From: a bacterium | Lineage (GTDB): Bacteria > SAR324 > XYD2-FULL-50-16 | DNA: 64,000 nucleotides | Assembly: GCA_024275165.1 (NCBI GenBank) | Contig: JAJRZQ010000028.1 | Location: 7,423 to 71,422, forward strand | Direction: 5' to 3' | In this document: positions 20,953-30,681 of the stretch, piece by piece | How positions within the stretch are numbered: the stretch's first letter is position 1 | Layout of the letters: each line of letters opens with the position of its first letter | Made by a program: the position numbers and the translations under genes | Notes under the pieces: generated by a model | Told to the model about the DNA's origin: nothing | What the model saw: the letters and a program-made list of their open reading frames with translations, nothing else | The model's database searches: none

Positions 20953-22457
20953 TAGGCCGTTTTTTTGTCTTTATCCAGCTTGGTGCTGCGATATTGATTG
21001 AGGCGATGGCGTAAAAAGGCGTTGCTGTTGGCCAGGTTTTTTGCCAAGGAATGCAGGCGAGGTGAGGTTTTGACGGCAAACCAGACCGTCATTAAAAAAA
21101 GTTGAAGAGTTGGAATCTGCCCTTTAAAAACATAGGCATTAAAGGTGATATACTCAAAATAAATCCGCCAAGCGGGAAAGCCCGGCAGCTTTAGGTAGGC
21201 CCGGCTGCGTTCTGCGGTAGAGCCGATGGCCTTGGGGTCGAAAAGTTTGTTTTCCGCCGCTATGTCGTACAACACCGTGCCCGGGTAAGGGTAAAAAATA
21301 CCCAAGTAGGCCCTTGTCGGTTGGCAATCCCGGGTCACTTTTTTGGTTTCCTTAAATTCTTTAACCCTTTCGTGGGGCAGCCCGATCAAGACAAAGACAT
21401 TGCGCTCGATTTCGTATTCTGCGGCCAGTCTGGAAAAAGTGATCAATTCTTCGTTGGAATATTTTGGTCTTTTTAAGACCTCGGCCCGCATTTGCTCCGA
21501 ACCCGATTCGATTCCAAAATTGATGAACTTGAAATTCGCTTTTTGCATGGCGGAAAGCATAGCGCGGCAGGAGGTTTCGTCTCGCACCAGTTTCGAGGTC
21601 ACGGTGATGTTGATGCCATAGCGAAGGGGCTTTTTTCGTTGGGCGTTGTCGGCCGCCAAGGCGGCGCAGAGTTCATGGAGGTACTTAGGAAAGGCCCCAA
21701 TGGTCTCGATTTCTAAATAGACCTCTTCTAATTGAGGGGCCCCTGCTGAAATTTCGGCCAACTCCTGGATTACATTTTCCACCGAACGGATACGGACAAA
21801 TCGCCCCTTGGCCAATTTTTGAATCGCGTGGTTCGAGCAATAGGTGCATTTATAAGGGCAGCCCCGACCCAGCAAAATCACTGCCGAGGCGGCTTGATTA
21901 TGCACCCAGGGGGACCAGTGAGCGCGGTTGATGAAGGGGAGGTCGTCTAAGTTGGGGTCAAAGGGAACCGTCGGGTTTTTTTCAATGCTTCCATCTTCTT
22001 GTCGGATCCAAAAATTCGCCACCCCCGTTGGGCGTTGACCTGCCGCCAGTTGAGCGTAATAGGCCACTGCCGCGTGGTCGCCCTCGCCAACGCAAAGGGC
22101 GTCGATCTCCGCACAGGAAATGGCGTCTTGAGAGGCTAAAGAGGCATGGTGCCCCCCCAAAATAAGATTGATGCCCGGGTTCGCTGTTTTGATTTCCTTG
22201 GCGATTTCTTGAACAAAGGGGAATTGGGAGGAAACAGCGGTAAAGGCGATTGCTTCGGCTTGAAAGTCCTTTAGAATCTCCGTAATCGTCTCCAGGCGGT
22301 TGGTCCCGGGGCTAAAAACCCAAGCTTTGATCTCGTGGCCTGCCTGCTCCAAGGAAGCGGCCACCATGGCGATGCCGTAGGGGACATCGGTCCAGGACAT
22401 GAGCGGCTCTTGAGCGTTGACGAAGTTTTCTACCGTGTAAAGACAGGCGATACGCAT
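20952..22457 (-). CDS. B12-binding domain radical SAM protein
   Basis: N-terminal cobalamin-binding-like domain (PYGIA, ILGGHHAS, GEGD); GRGCPYKCTYC; FGIESGSE; PYPGT. Confidence 0.9.
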   Translation of the reverse strand: MRIACLYTVENFVNAQEPLMSWTDVPYGIAMVAASLEQAGHEIKAWVFSPGTNRLETITEILKDFQAEAIAFTAVSSQFPFVQEIAKEIKTANPGINLILGGHHASLASQDAISCAEIDALCVGEGDHAAVAYYAQLAAGQRPTGVANFWIRQEDGSIEKNPTVPFDPNLDDLPFINRAHWSPWVHNQAASAVILLGRGCPYKCTYCSNHAIQKLAKGRFVRIRSVENVIQELAEISAGAPQLEEVYLEIETIGAFPKYLHELCAALAADNAQRKKPLRYGINITVTSKLVRDETSCRAMLSAMQKANFKFINFGIESGSEQMRAEVLKRPKYSNEELITFSRLAAEYEIERNVFVLIGLPHERVKEFKETKKVTRDCQPTRAYLGIFYPYPGTVLYDIAAENKLFDPKAIGSTAERSRAYLKLPGFPAWRIYFEYITFNAYVFKGQIPTLQLFLMTVWFAVKTSPRLHSLAKNLANSNAFLRHRLNQYRSTKLDKDKKTA

Positions 22458-22642
22458 TGAGGTGGTTGCTGAAAGGGGGCCTATTAGTTTGATAAATCAT
22501 TCCATACCCATCTTGCTTTGGCAAGAATAACAACCTTGAAAGCCTCGCTACGCGCCCAAGGCAAGGAAAATCTTTTTACAAAAACCAAGTTAGCAGATAG
22601 ATTGAAAAAATAATTTTCTCAATCTTTTAGTTTTGCCTTGCC

Positions 22643-23569
22643 ATGCGTTTTTTCTTGCGAGTTGTCGAAGGAATCGGGATGCACCCCCTGACCCGCGAAC
22701 ATAAAATCTCCAGCTTCAAGCGTTTTTTGGGCTGGGAGTTGAAAAGCCGCGTTTGGGGGGGGGGCAGGTACCACCACCGGCTTGTAGGCGACCTTAAGAT
22801 GATTGTCGAACATGGGATGGACGGGGCGACCATGAACCTCATCTATGGGTTGGTGGAGTTTGAAGATATGGCTTTTGTGTTGCATTGTCTACGCCCCCAA
22901 GACCTTTTTGTGGATATTGGCTCGAATGTAGGGGTTTACAGTCTTTTGGCCTCTGGGGGCGCCGGTGCCGAGAGCCTTGCCTTTGAGCCCGTTCCCGAAA
23001 CCTTTTTTGTCTTGCAGGAAAATATCGTCCTCAACAAGCTTAGCGAGCTCGTTACTCCCCTGAATTTGGGGCTGGGCAAAGAGGCCGGGGCTTTGCGATT
23101 TACTCGCCATCTCGATGGAATCAATCATGTGCTCGCCCCTGGTGAAGCAACGGGCCAAAGCTTAGAAGTGGAGGTTAAAAGTTTAGACCAGGCGCTCCAA
23201 AACAGAGATGTCAACTTGATTAAGCTGGATGTAGAAGGCTTTGAGCTGCCCGTATTGCAAGGCGCAAAGGAAAGTTTAAACAACCCCGCTTTAAAAGGCC
23301 TGATCATTGAGCTGAACGGGAGTGGAGAACGCTATGGGATGGATGAAAAACAGATCGTAAAACTCTTGCAAGAAGCGGGGTTTGCCCCCTTTGACTATGA
23401 TCCTCGAAGTCGCGCTTTGACCGCTCGAAAAGAGTATTGCCATGGCGGGTTAGGGGCGATTCGCTGCGCTGATGGAACGCACAACACCCTTTTTTTGCGG
23501 GACTTGGCTTGGGTTGAAGAGCGGGTAACCACGGCCAAGCCCTTTCGCGTTTTAAGGCAGAGCTTTTAA
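22643..23569 (+). CDS. FkbM-family methyltransferase
   Basis: FVDIGSNVGVYS, AFEP and LIKLDVEGFE..VL.G. Confidence 0.92.
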   Translation: MRFFLRVVEGIGMHPLTREHKISSFKRFLGWELKSRVWGGGRYHHRLVGDLKMIVEHGMDGATMNLIYGLVEFEDMAFVLHCLRPQDLFVDIGSNVGVYSLLASGGAGAESLAFEPVPETFFVLQENIVLNKLSELVTPLNLGLGKEAGALRFTRHLDGINHVLAPGEATGQSLEVEVKSLDQALQNRDVNLIKLDVEGFELPVLQGAKESLNNPALKGLIIELNGSGERYGMDEKQIVKLLQEAGFAPFDYDPRSRALTARKEYCHGGLGAIRCADGTHNTLFLRDLAWVEERVTTAKPFRVLRQSF

Positions 23570-24732
23570 ATTACCGCCTGGAGCAAGGCCGCCATCCGGT
23601 GTGCCAAACAATGCCCCTGATATACGGCCTCTAGGCCTTTGATCTGGTAAGCAAGCCGTTCTTTAGGGTGATGCAGGTAGTGGAAAAAAGCGTCCTGATA
23701 TTCTTTCGGGCTCGCGCAGGAAACGACCTGATCTGGATGGGGAAAGAGTTCCCTTAAGGCGCGGGGCTGGTCAACCAATTGAAAACAGCCCGCCGCCGCT
23801 AAATTATAACAGCGCTCGTTGAGCTCTGACTCGACTTCCATCTGAATCCCCAAATGCAGATTGATGCCGATTTTCCCCAGTCCATAAAAGCAGGAGTGTT
23901 GGCCTCTGTCTAGGCTTGAGGGCGATTTTTTGCCCCAGCCCGGGCCGACGAGGCAGCCGGCCGCCCGATTTAAAATAGGAGAGAAATAAGAAAGGTAACG
24001 GGGGGTTTTATCGGGGTTGCTGCTCCCTAAAAAGACATAATCCAGTTGTTCTTTCATGGGTTGGGGGTAATAGGCCAAGGGGTTGGCCCCAAAGGGAACG
24101 CTGAGTACCGGTTTGCCGGTTTGGCTCCATTCGCCCAACCATGCCTTGACATAGGTTGGAAAGCGAAAGGAGAGAAAATAATCCACCCCCAAACGCAAGG
24201 CTTTTTCAATGCGGGGGCCGTTCGGGCTCGCTCCGTCATGTTCGTGCATCGTCATTAAAGCGAGTTTGCAATCTTTTGTTTGGCGCAGGCGTTGCCATGC
24301 GGCCCAGTCGATTCGGCTCAAAAAGCTCGGATGATCTAGAGAAATAAATAAATCGGGTTGAAAAAGGGCAAAGCTCTCGCTCCCTGGGTCATTCCAGTCC
24401 AGGGTCTGTGCCGCAACCCCCATCAGGTTTAAGGTTTCAAGCCAATTTAAAAAAACCGATTGGGTGCCAATGGCCCATTGATCGGGAATTTGAATTAAAA
24501 TTTTAAGCTTTTTCTCTTTGTAGGCCCCGGCGTATTGGGCGAGCAGGTCTTGTTGGAGGCGCTGCGACTTGAGCCAGAGCGGGTCAAGCTCTTTGGGGGT
24601 CTTTTGCGCTAAAAGAGCGGGTAGCCGTTGGTTGTTGTTCCAGGTTTGGGGGTGGGTTTGGGCAAGGAGCGACAAAAACCGCAAACGGTTGAATCCACGG
24701 GGCAGCTTTTGAAAAAAAAGGGAGGGATTCAT
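23566..24732 (-). CDS. Glycosyltransferase, CgeB/Glyco_trans_1_2-like
   Basis: VPFGANP, YVFLGS, KIGINLH...NERCYNLAAAGCFQLVD, H....R. The ATG overlaps the upstream TGA. Confidence 0.8.
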   Translation of the reverse strand: MNPSLFFQKLPRGFNRLRFLSLLAQTHPQTWNNNQRLPALLAQKTPKELDPLWLKSQRLQQDLLAQYAGAYKEKKLKILIQIPDQWAIGTQSVFLNWLETLNLMGVAAQTLDWNDPGSESFALFQPDLFISLDHPSFLSRIDWAAWQRLRQTKDCKLALMTMHEHDGASPNGPRIEKALRLGVDYFLSFRFPTYVKAWLGEWSQTGKPVLSVPFGANPLAYYPQPMKEQLDYVFLGSSNPDKTPRYLSYFSPILNRAAGCLVGPGWGKKSPSSLDRGQHSCFYGLGKIGINLHLGIQMEVESELNERCYNLAAAGCFQLVDQPRALRELFPHPDQVVSCASPKEYQDAFFHYLHHPKERLAYQIKGLEAVYQGHCLAHRMAALLQAVI

Positions 24733-25610
24733 CAAAGGAGTTTCAATAAAATCCAGAGCAGGCTGCTCCAGTTGCTTGCTGCCCTTGGTCGAGCCCGCAA
24801 AGCCTTTAGCCAATGAGAAAGGGACAAGGCCCGCTCTTTTTGCCGGGCAAAGCCATGAGCCATATGACGGTGATGAATCCACAAACCCTGGGCAATCGCC
24901 TTTTTATTCCCGCTGGAAAGCAGATGCCTTTGCAGCACTTTATAGATTTCCTTTTCGTAAAGTTTATAATTTTTTGAAAGCCCGGTAACAAGCTGTCGAT
25001 ACTTTGCCAACGGCTTTGGGCAATAACCGACCTCCCAAGCTTGGGAAATCTTGATCCACAAGTCCCAATCCTCTGGGCCGCGCAAGCCTTGATCAAACCC
25101 CTCTGCTTGCTCTAAGGCTGCTTTGCGGGCTACGACCGTCAAGGTGGCGATGAAGTTGTGGATGATGAGGTCTGCGTAGACCTCTCCTTCTAAGCGCAAC
25201 CCCTGCGCGAGTTTGAGGGGGTTTGCCGCTCTTTCGCCAAAGGCCCCGAACTCGCGGTAGTTGTGGTGCCACAACCCCAGGCGAGAGCCTCCAAGGGCAA
25301 TTGCCGCTCGCGCTGTTTGGAGTTTGTCGGGCAACCAGAGGTCATCGGCGTCCAAAAAGGCGATCCATTCCCCTTGCGCCTTTTGGATCCCTTGATTGCG
25401 GGCAGCGGCAGCGCCTTGATTTTTTTGTTGGAGGATTTGAATACGCGGATCGTGAAATTGCGCAAGAACCTCTAAAGAACGATCCGTGGAGCCGTCATCA
25501 ACGACGATCAATTCAAAATCCGGCTCGCTTTGCCCTAAGGCCGACCCGACCGCTTCGGCAAGATAGGTCTCGGCGTTATAGCAGGGCATGATAATCGAAA
25601 ATAAGGGCAT
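24732..25610 (-). CDS. Glycosyltransferase family 2
   Basis: SIIMPCYN, VDDGSTD, NQGAAAARN.G, FLDADD, EDWDLW. Confidence 0.93.
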   Translation of the reverse strand: MPLFSIIMPCYNAETYLAEAVGSALGQSEPDFELIVVDDGSTDRSLEVLAQFHDPRIQILQQKNQGAAAARNQGIQKAQGEWIAFLDADDLWLPDKLQTARAAIALGGSRLGLWHHNYREFGAFGERAANPLKLAQGLRLEGEVYADLIIHNFIATLTVVARKAALEQAEGFDQGLRGPEDWDLWIKISQAWEVGYCPKPLAKYRQLVTGLSKNYKLYEKEIYKVLQRHLLSSGNKKAIAQGLWIHHRHMAHGFARQKERALSLSHWLKALRARPRAASNWSSLLWILLKLL

Positions 25611-25734
25611 GGGTTCTCGTTTTTTTTCAGCATAAAACCCCCAAAGCATCCCGGCAAGGCCTTTCCCTCTTTTCAAAGCAGGGGGAAAAGCCTACAAAGA
25701 GAGCGAATACCCCTTTGATCCATTTACTTTTTTT

Positions 25735-27240
25735 ATGGCTGACCAACAAAAGACATTTTTTTTAGGAATCGCGGTAGATATGTTCGGCATTCCCTTGAAC
25801 ATGGTTTTAGGCTTTGTGGTGGTCCCCTTGTACCTCGTTTACCTCACCGCCGAGCAATATGGCCGTTGGACCACGATTTTTGAGGCTTCCGCCGCCTTGG
25901 TGATGACGGTCACCTGCTTTGATCTTTGGGTAACCCGTCGTATTTCCGGGCGGGGGGGCGAGGAGGCGAAAGCGAAGGCCGCTATTTTGGAAGGGGCGGG
26001 GGTGTTGGTCCTCTTTTTGATTCTTTTGAGTTTTATTTTGGTAGGCTGTTGGTTCTATCAACCCCAATGGCTGCAAGAGGGATTGCGAAAAGGGGAGTTC
26101 TCTTTTTATGGGCTCATCGCGTTATGGTTGATCTTGGCTGTTTGGGCGCAACTCTTTACGGCAATTTTAGGCGGCCTGAATCGGATGCCGTTGGTCAACG
26201 GGATCGCGGTACTTTCTCGTTTCAGTTATATTACGCTCCCCCTTTGGTTTTTATCCCTTGGTCAGGGGCTGCTTTCCTTTGCTTGGGGTTACGCCATCAC
26301 CAGTTTTTTTGTCTTGCTTTGGCAGGCCTTTTTGGTCTGGCCTCAAGGGTCGCGTTGGTTTCGCTTGACTCTATCCGGCCCTTTAAATTGGCGAGAAGCT
26401 TGGTCTTTTTCTTGGCAAGCTCTCTTTAGTCGGCTGGGGGTGCATTTTTATAATTATACGAATATCTTATTCATTGCCGCCCTGCTTTCTACGGTGCAGG
26501 TGGCGGTTTACGCCCTTTCGATGAAGCTTACCAATTTTATTCGCTTCATTGTGCCGCGCATGGTTGCGGTGGGCTACCCCTCTTTTGCTCGGCTTCTTGC
26601 TGAAGATAATCAAACCCGCATGACGGAGGTTTTTTTAAAGCTTTATCGGTTTAGTTTGCGTTTGGGGTTGGGTTTTGCCGCCCTGGTCATTTTCTTAAAC
26701 GAAAGCTTTTTAAGGCATTGGGTGGGCAGTGAGTTCTACGCCGGGGGGTGGTTTAGCCTGTTTGCGGGCCTGATTTGCTTAAAAGAATCCGTGTTTGTGG
26801 TTTTCTATCAGGTTTTTTTTGCCTCTGAACGGGTGAAGGGAACCCAGTATATCTTTTTATTCGAGTGGCTCTTGCACCTGATTTTAGCCTATTGGTGGTT
26901 GACCGACTACGGCTTAAACGGCGCGGTAATGGCCGGATTTTTTTCCACCGGGCTCGTTTCGCTCGGTTACTTTTTCTATAAGCTTCAACAAATTATTCCT
27001 CTTTCCACTTGGGTATTGCTTCGCAGCGCGATGCAGGTTTTACTGAAAAGCTTGCCCAGTCTAGGGGTGCTTTTTTTCGCTCGGCTCCAACTGGCGACGC
27101 AGTTTAATTGGTTTTTGTTCTTTGCTTGGCTGGCCCTCGCCGGGGTTGTCAATTTAGTCTTTTTTGAGGCCTTGTATTTACGGGAGTTGAAGGGGAAAAA
27201 AATGAAAGAGGTTTTGCGTTTGTTGATCGACCGCTCTTGA
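25735..27240 (+). CDS. Polysaccharide flippase (Wzx/MOP family)
   Basis: About 501 aa with many TM helices, EQYG early motif and YGLNGA late motif; lies between glycosyltransferase genes. Confidence 0.8.
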   Translation: MADQQKTFFLGIAVDMFGIPLNMVLGFVVVPLYLVYLTAEQYGRWTTIFEASAALVMTVTCFDLWVTRRISGRGGEEAKAKAAILEGAGVLVLFLILLSFILVGCWFYQPQWLQEGLRKGEFSFYGLIALWLILAVWAQLFTAILGGLNRMPLVNGIAVLSRFSYITLPLWFLSLGQGLLSFAWGYAITSFFVLLWQAFLVWPQGSRWFRLTLSGPLNWREAWSFSWQALFSRLGVHFYNYTNILFIAALLSTVQVAVYALSMKLTNFIRFIVPRMVAVGYPSFARLLAEDNQTRMTEVFLKLYRFSLRLGLGFAALVIFLNESFLRHWVGSEFYAGGWFSLFAGLICLKESVFVVFYQVFFASERVKGTQYIFLFEWLLHLILAYWWLTDYGLNGAVMAGFFSTGLVSLGYFFYKLQQIIPLSTWVLLRSAMQVLLKSLPSLGVLFFARLQLATQFNWFLFFAWLALAGVVNLVFFEALYLRELKGKKMKEVLRLLIDRS

Positions 27241-27242
27241 GG

Positions 27243-28178
27243 TTATGGGCGGCCCCTCACCCCCTTTAATCCATCTTTAATCCCTTTCAATAAAGGGGGT
27301 AAGAGCTTTATCCGCCCCTGGATCAACCAAGAAAAAGCCTTGAGCAAGCGACTGGAAAGAAAAAAGAGGAGAAAAGCAATCCACTGCTTGGGGCGGTTTT
27401 CCTTCATCCATAAGAGGCGATTGCGGGTGCCGTAATAGACGGGCACCGGGCTTTGGTCGCCTCCGGTGCTGCCCCCGACCTCGTGCCGCAAGGGGATGGC
27501 GGGAAGAAAATATTGCTTATACCCCTTTTGCTTTAAGCGGTAGCAGAAATCAAAATCTTCAAAATATAAAAATAAGCTCTCCACAAAGCCGCCCATTTCT
27601 TCATAGCGGGTACGGGGAATCCACCAGCAACAAGCAGTGGCAAAATCCACCTCTTGGGGGCCCGGGTCGCTGGGGGTTTGGGTGCGGTGCTCGCCCATGC
27701 ATCGTTTGAGGTTCAAATGCCCCCCGGCGTAGTAAATGCCTGGGCCGTCTTCTTCATAGATTAAGGGGACGGCGAGAGCAAAATCAGCTTGCCGCGACAA
27801 AGGCAACGCCTGCTCGGTAAAGCAACGCAAAAAATCCGGGGTGAATCTGGTGTCGTTGTTGAGTACGATAAACACCTCTGCCCCTTTTTTTGCCGCTTGC
27901 CAGGCCGCGCGATTCATTCCTCCGCCATAACCTAGGTTTGTTGCTTGAAATTCCCAAAAAATGGGGCCTGTGCCCAGCTTGGGCGCTAGAGTCAAGCGCG
28001 CGCCGAATTCAGCGCTTAAAGCCTGAAAATCGTTTAGATCAGGCCCGTTGTCGGCAACTTGAATAAAGAAGTTCGGGTAAGTTTGCGCCAACAGGTCATG
28101 GAGGCAGGACGCCGTAGTTTGCCAGCCCTGATAATGCACCAGTAAAACGGCGAGACGAGGTAGGTTGGGGGGGGGCAT
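27243..28178 (-). CDS. Glycosyltransferase family 2 (rhamnosyltransferase-like)
   Basis: VADNG, NLGYGGGMN, VLNNDT, FLYFEDFDFC.R, YYGTRNRL. Confidence 0.9.
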   Translation of the reverse strand: MPPPNLPRLAVLLVHYQGWQTTASCLHDLLAQTYPNFFIQVADNGPDLNDFQALSAEFGARLTLAPKLGTGPIFWEFQATNLGYGGGMNRAAWQAAKKGAEVFIVLNNDTRFTPDFLRCFTEQALPLSRQADFALAVPLIYEEDGPGIYYAGGHLNLKRCMGEHRTQTPSDPGPQEVDFATACCWWIPRTRYEEMGGFVESLFLYFEDFDFCYRLKQKGYKQYFLPAIPLRHEVGGSTGGDQSPVPVYYGTRNRLLWMKENRPKQWIAFLLFFLSSRLLKAFSWLIQGRIKLLPPLLKGIKDGLKGVRGRP

Positions 28179-28314
28179 GGCGACTTCGGAAAAGAATGCA
28201 TTGAACTCGATTTGAAGTCAGCATAATGCGGGGCTCGCTTCCCTGCAAGGCCTTTCCCCTTTTCAAAGCAGAGAATAAAGAATATAAAGGTTTTAGTTTG
28301 TTTTGAAGGAAAAA

Positions 28315-29577
28315 ATGAAACGAGTTATTATTGTAGGTGGTGGATTTGCGGGCTTGAACGCAGCCAAAAAGCTTTGCCGCAATCCCGAAATTGAATTAAC
28401 CATTATTGATCGTCGCAATTATCACCTTTTTCAACCCCTTCTCTATCAAGTGGCTATGGCGGCTTTAAACCCCGCTGAAATTGCCCAACCGATTCGCAGT
28501 CTCTTTACGGGATTTCGCAATGTGCGGGTTTTGCAAGAAGAGGTAATCGCGGTGGATCGAACCGCGAAAGAGGTTCAAACTCTCGAAGGGGCTTACTCTT
28601 ACGATTACCTCATTCTCGCGGTAGGGGTGCAGCATTCTTATTTCGGCCATGAAGATTGGGAGGAGTTCGCCCCGGGCCTGAAAACCTTAGAGCAAGCCAC
28701 CGAGATTCGTCGTCGGGTTTTAACGGCCTTTGAGCGGGCAGAGAAAACAAAAAACATCCAAAAGCAAAAGCAACTTTTGACCTTTGTGATTATTGGGGGC
28801 GGCCCCACGGGAGTGGAATTGGCAGGCGCCATCGGGGAGATGAGTCGCTTTACCCTAGCCCAAGATTTTAACCATATCGACCCGAAGCTCGCGCGGGTTA
28901 TTTTAATTGAGGCGGGCCCTCGAATTCTGCCGAGCTTTTCAACTAAATGGGCCAGCCGGGTCGCCCGTGATTTAGAGGGGATTGGGGTGCAGGTATGGAC
29001 CTCCAGCATGGTGACCGACCTTGACGCGGAAGGGGTGACCGTTGGGGAAGAGCGGGTACTCTGTTCGACCATCTTATGGGCAGCGGGGGTGCAGGCCGCG
29101 ACCTTGAGCCAAAAACTCGAAGTGGAACGAGACCGCCAGGGGCGCATTATCGTAGCGCCCGATCTCAGTCTGCCGGAAAATCCAGAAATTTATATCTGCG
29201 GCGATCAGTCGAGTTTTGCCCACGGGGTGGATCAACCCCTGCCGGGCCTTGCCCCCATTGCCATGCAGCAAGGTCGGCATGCGGCGCTGAATATTCAACG
29301 AACGCTGAAAGAACAAGAAACCTTACCTTTTAAATATATCGACAAGGGGCAAATGGCGACAATTGGCCGCAGCCGTGCTATTGTAGAGGTAGGGTCTTTG
29401 CGGCTGGTGGGTACTTTTGCTTGGTTTTTATGGCTTTTAATCCATATCTATTATCTGTTGGGCTTTAAAAACCGCTTTTTTGTCTTGATCCAATGGGCAT
29501 GGTCGTATCTTTCCAATAGCCGAGGGGCGAGGCTCATTGTGGAAAAGGATTGGCGATTTTATAAAAAAAAGACCTAG
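28315..29577 (+). CDS. ndh: Type II NADH:quinone oxidoreductase
   Basis: IVGGGFAG, FQPLLYQVA, IGGGPTGVELAG, WAAGV, AMQQG, YIDKGQMATIGR. Confidence 0.93.
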   Translation: MKRVIIVGGGFAGLNAAKKLCRNPEIELTIIDRRNYHLFQPLLYQVAMAALNPAEIAQPIRSLFTGFRNVRVLQEEVIAVDRTAKEVQTLEGAYSYDYLILAVGVQHSYFGHEDWEEFAPGLKTLEQATEIRRRVLTAFERAEKTKNIQKQKQLLTFVIIGGGPTGVELAGAIGEMSRFTLAQDFNHIDPKLARVILIEAGPRILPSFSTKWASRVARDLEGIGVQVWTSSMVTDLDAEGVTVGEERVLCSTILWAAGVQAATLSQKLEVERDRQGRIIVAPDLSLPENPEIYICGDQSSFAHGVDQPLPGLAPIAMQQGRHAALNIQRTLKEQETLPFKYIDKGQMATIGRSRAIVEVGSLRLVGTFAWFLWLLIHIYYLLGFKNRFFVLIQWAWSYLSNSRGARLIVEKDWRFYKKKT

Positions 29578-29607
29578 TATCCGCGTTGGGTTCAAGGGCG
29601 AGGGGGT

Positions 29608-30261
29608 TTGATGCAACCAGATTGGCAAGCTCGTCGAGATTTTATGGTGGATTGGCAGATCCGCCGCCGGGGGGTCAAGGACATCGCCCTCTTAGAGGCC
29701 ATGCGCCGGGTGGAGCGGCATTGCTTTACAGAAGAGGCGGAACAAGATGTGGCCTATGAAGATCATCCTCTGCCCATTGGCCATGGCCAGACCCTCAGCC
29801 AGCCCTACATCGTTGCCTATATGACCGAGCAGCTTGGTTTAACCTCTCAGGCCAAGGTTTTAGAAATCGGTACGGGCTGCGGCTACCAAACCGCGATTCT
29901 GGCGGAATTGGCACAAGAGGTTTTTAGTATTGAAATCATAGAACCTTTATCCATAGAAGCACAAAAACGACTCACTGGAATGGGATATGATAATATTCAT
30001 TTCAAGGTGGGGGATGGGTTTTTCGGCTGGCCGGAAGAGGCACCTTTTGATGCCTGCTTAATCGCCGCGGCCTGCCCGATTTTACCCCGAAAATTGATCG
30101 CTCAATTGACCTCTACAGGTCGCATGGTCTTGCCCTTAGGGGTATGGGAGCAGCAATTGATATTAATTCAGCCGACTCAAAAAGGCTTTAAGAAAAAATA
30201 TTTATTCGCGGTGCGCTTTGTGCCCTTGACTGGAGCGGCGCAGAAGAGGTTCCCCCATTAA
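29608..30261 (+). CDS. pcm: Protein-L-isoaspartate O-methyltransferase
   Basis: AYEDHPLPIGHGQTLSQPYIVAYM, VLEIGTGCGYQTA, GWPEEAPFD, VRFVPL. Confidence 0.95.
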   Translation: MMQPDWQARRDFMVDWQIRRRGVKDIALLEAMRRVERHCFTEEAEQDVAYEDHPLPIGHGQTLSQPYIVAYMTEQLGLTSQAKVLEIGTGCGYQTAILAELAQEVFSIEIIEPLSIEAQKRLTGMGYDNIHFKVGDGFFGWPEEAPFDACLIAAACPILPRKLIAQLTSTGRMVLPLGVWEQQLILIQPTQKGFKKKYLFAVRFVPLTGAAQKRFPH

Positions 30262-30320
30262 AGGCAGACCAAGCCCCTGTTATCTTGGTTTGAAATTTTT
30301 TGCCAAGCTAAGGCAAAGGC

Positions 30321-30392
30321 TCACTCGCGGCAAAAAAGTCCAATCACAAAAAGTAGGACCAAGGCAATCAGTTCTCGGTAAAGTTCGGTCAT
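30321..30392 (-). CDS. Candidate 23-aa single-helix membrane peptide MTELYRELIALVLLFVIGLFCRE
   Basis: Manual translation; 13-residue hydrophobic core, AAGGG upstream, located in an otherwise empty ~420-bp intergenic region. Confidence 0.4.
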   Translation of the reverse strand: MTELYRELIALVLLFVIGLFCRE

Positions 30393-30681
30393 TGAGTGGT
30401 CTACCCTTAGATTATTAGCCTAACCCTCATTAGGAAATATTCATCCAGAATTGGGCTTTCCCCTGAATTACAAAGGTGATAAAGGGGGTTCAATCTGGAC
30501 TTGTAGGGTCTTTTCAAGTCATTATACCTAGACTTGCCAATTTATACCAGTCAAAGATCATTAAACTTTTTTTATTTAAGGTTTGAAAAGTATTTTTACC
30601 AATATATATTGCTTTGGCAGGTTTTTTAGGTGAATTTTTCTTTTAATTGCCTAGGAATAAAAAAGTTGGGTAAAATATCTT

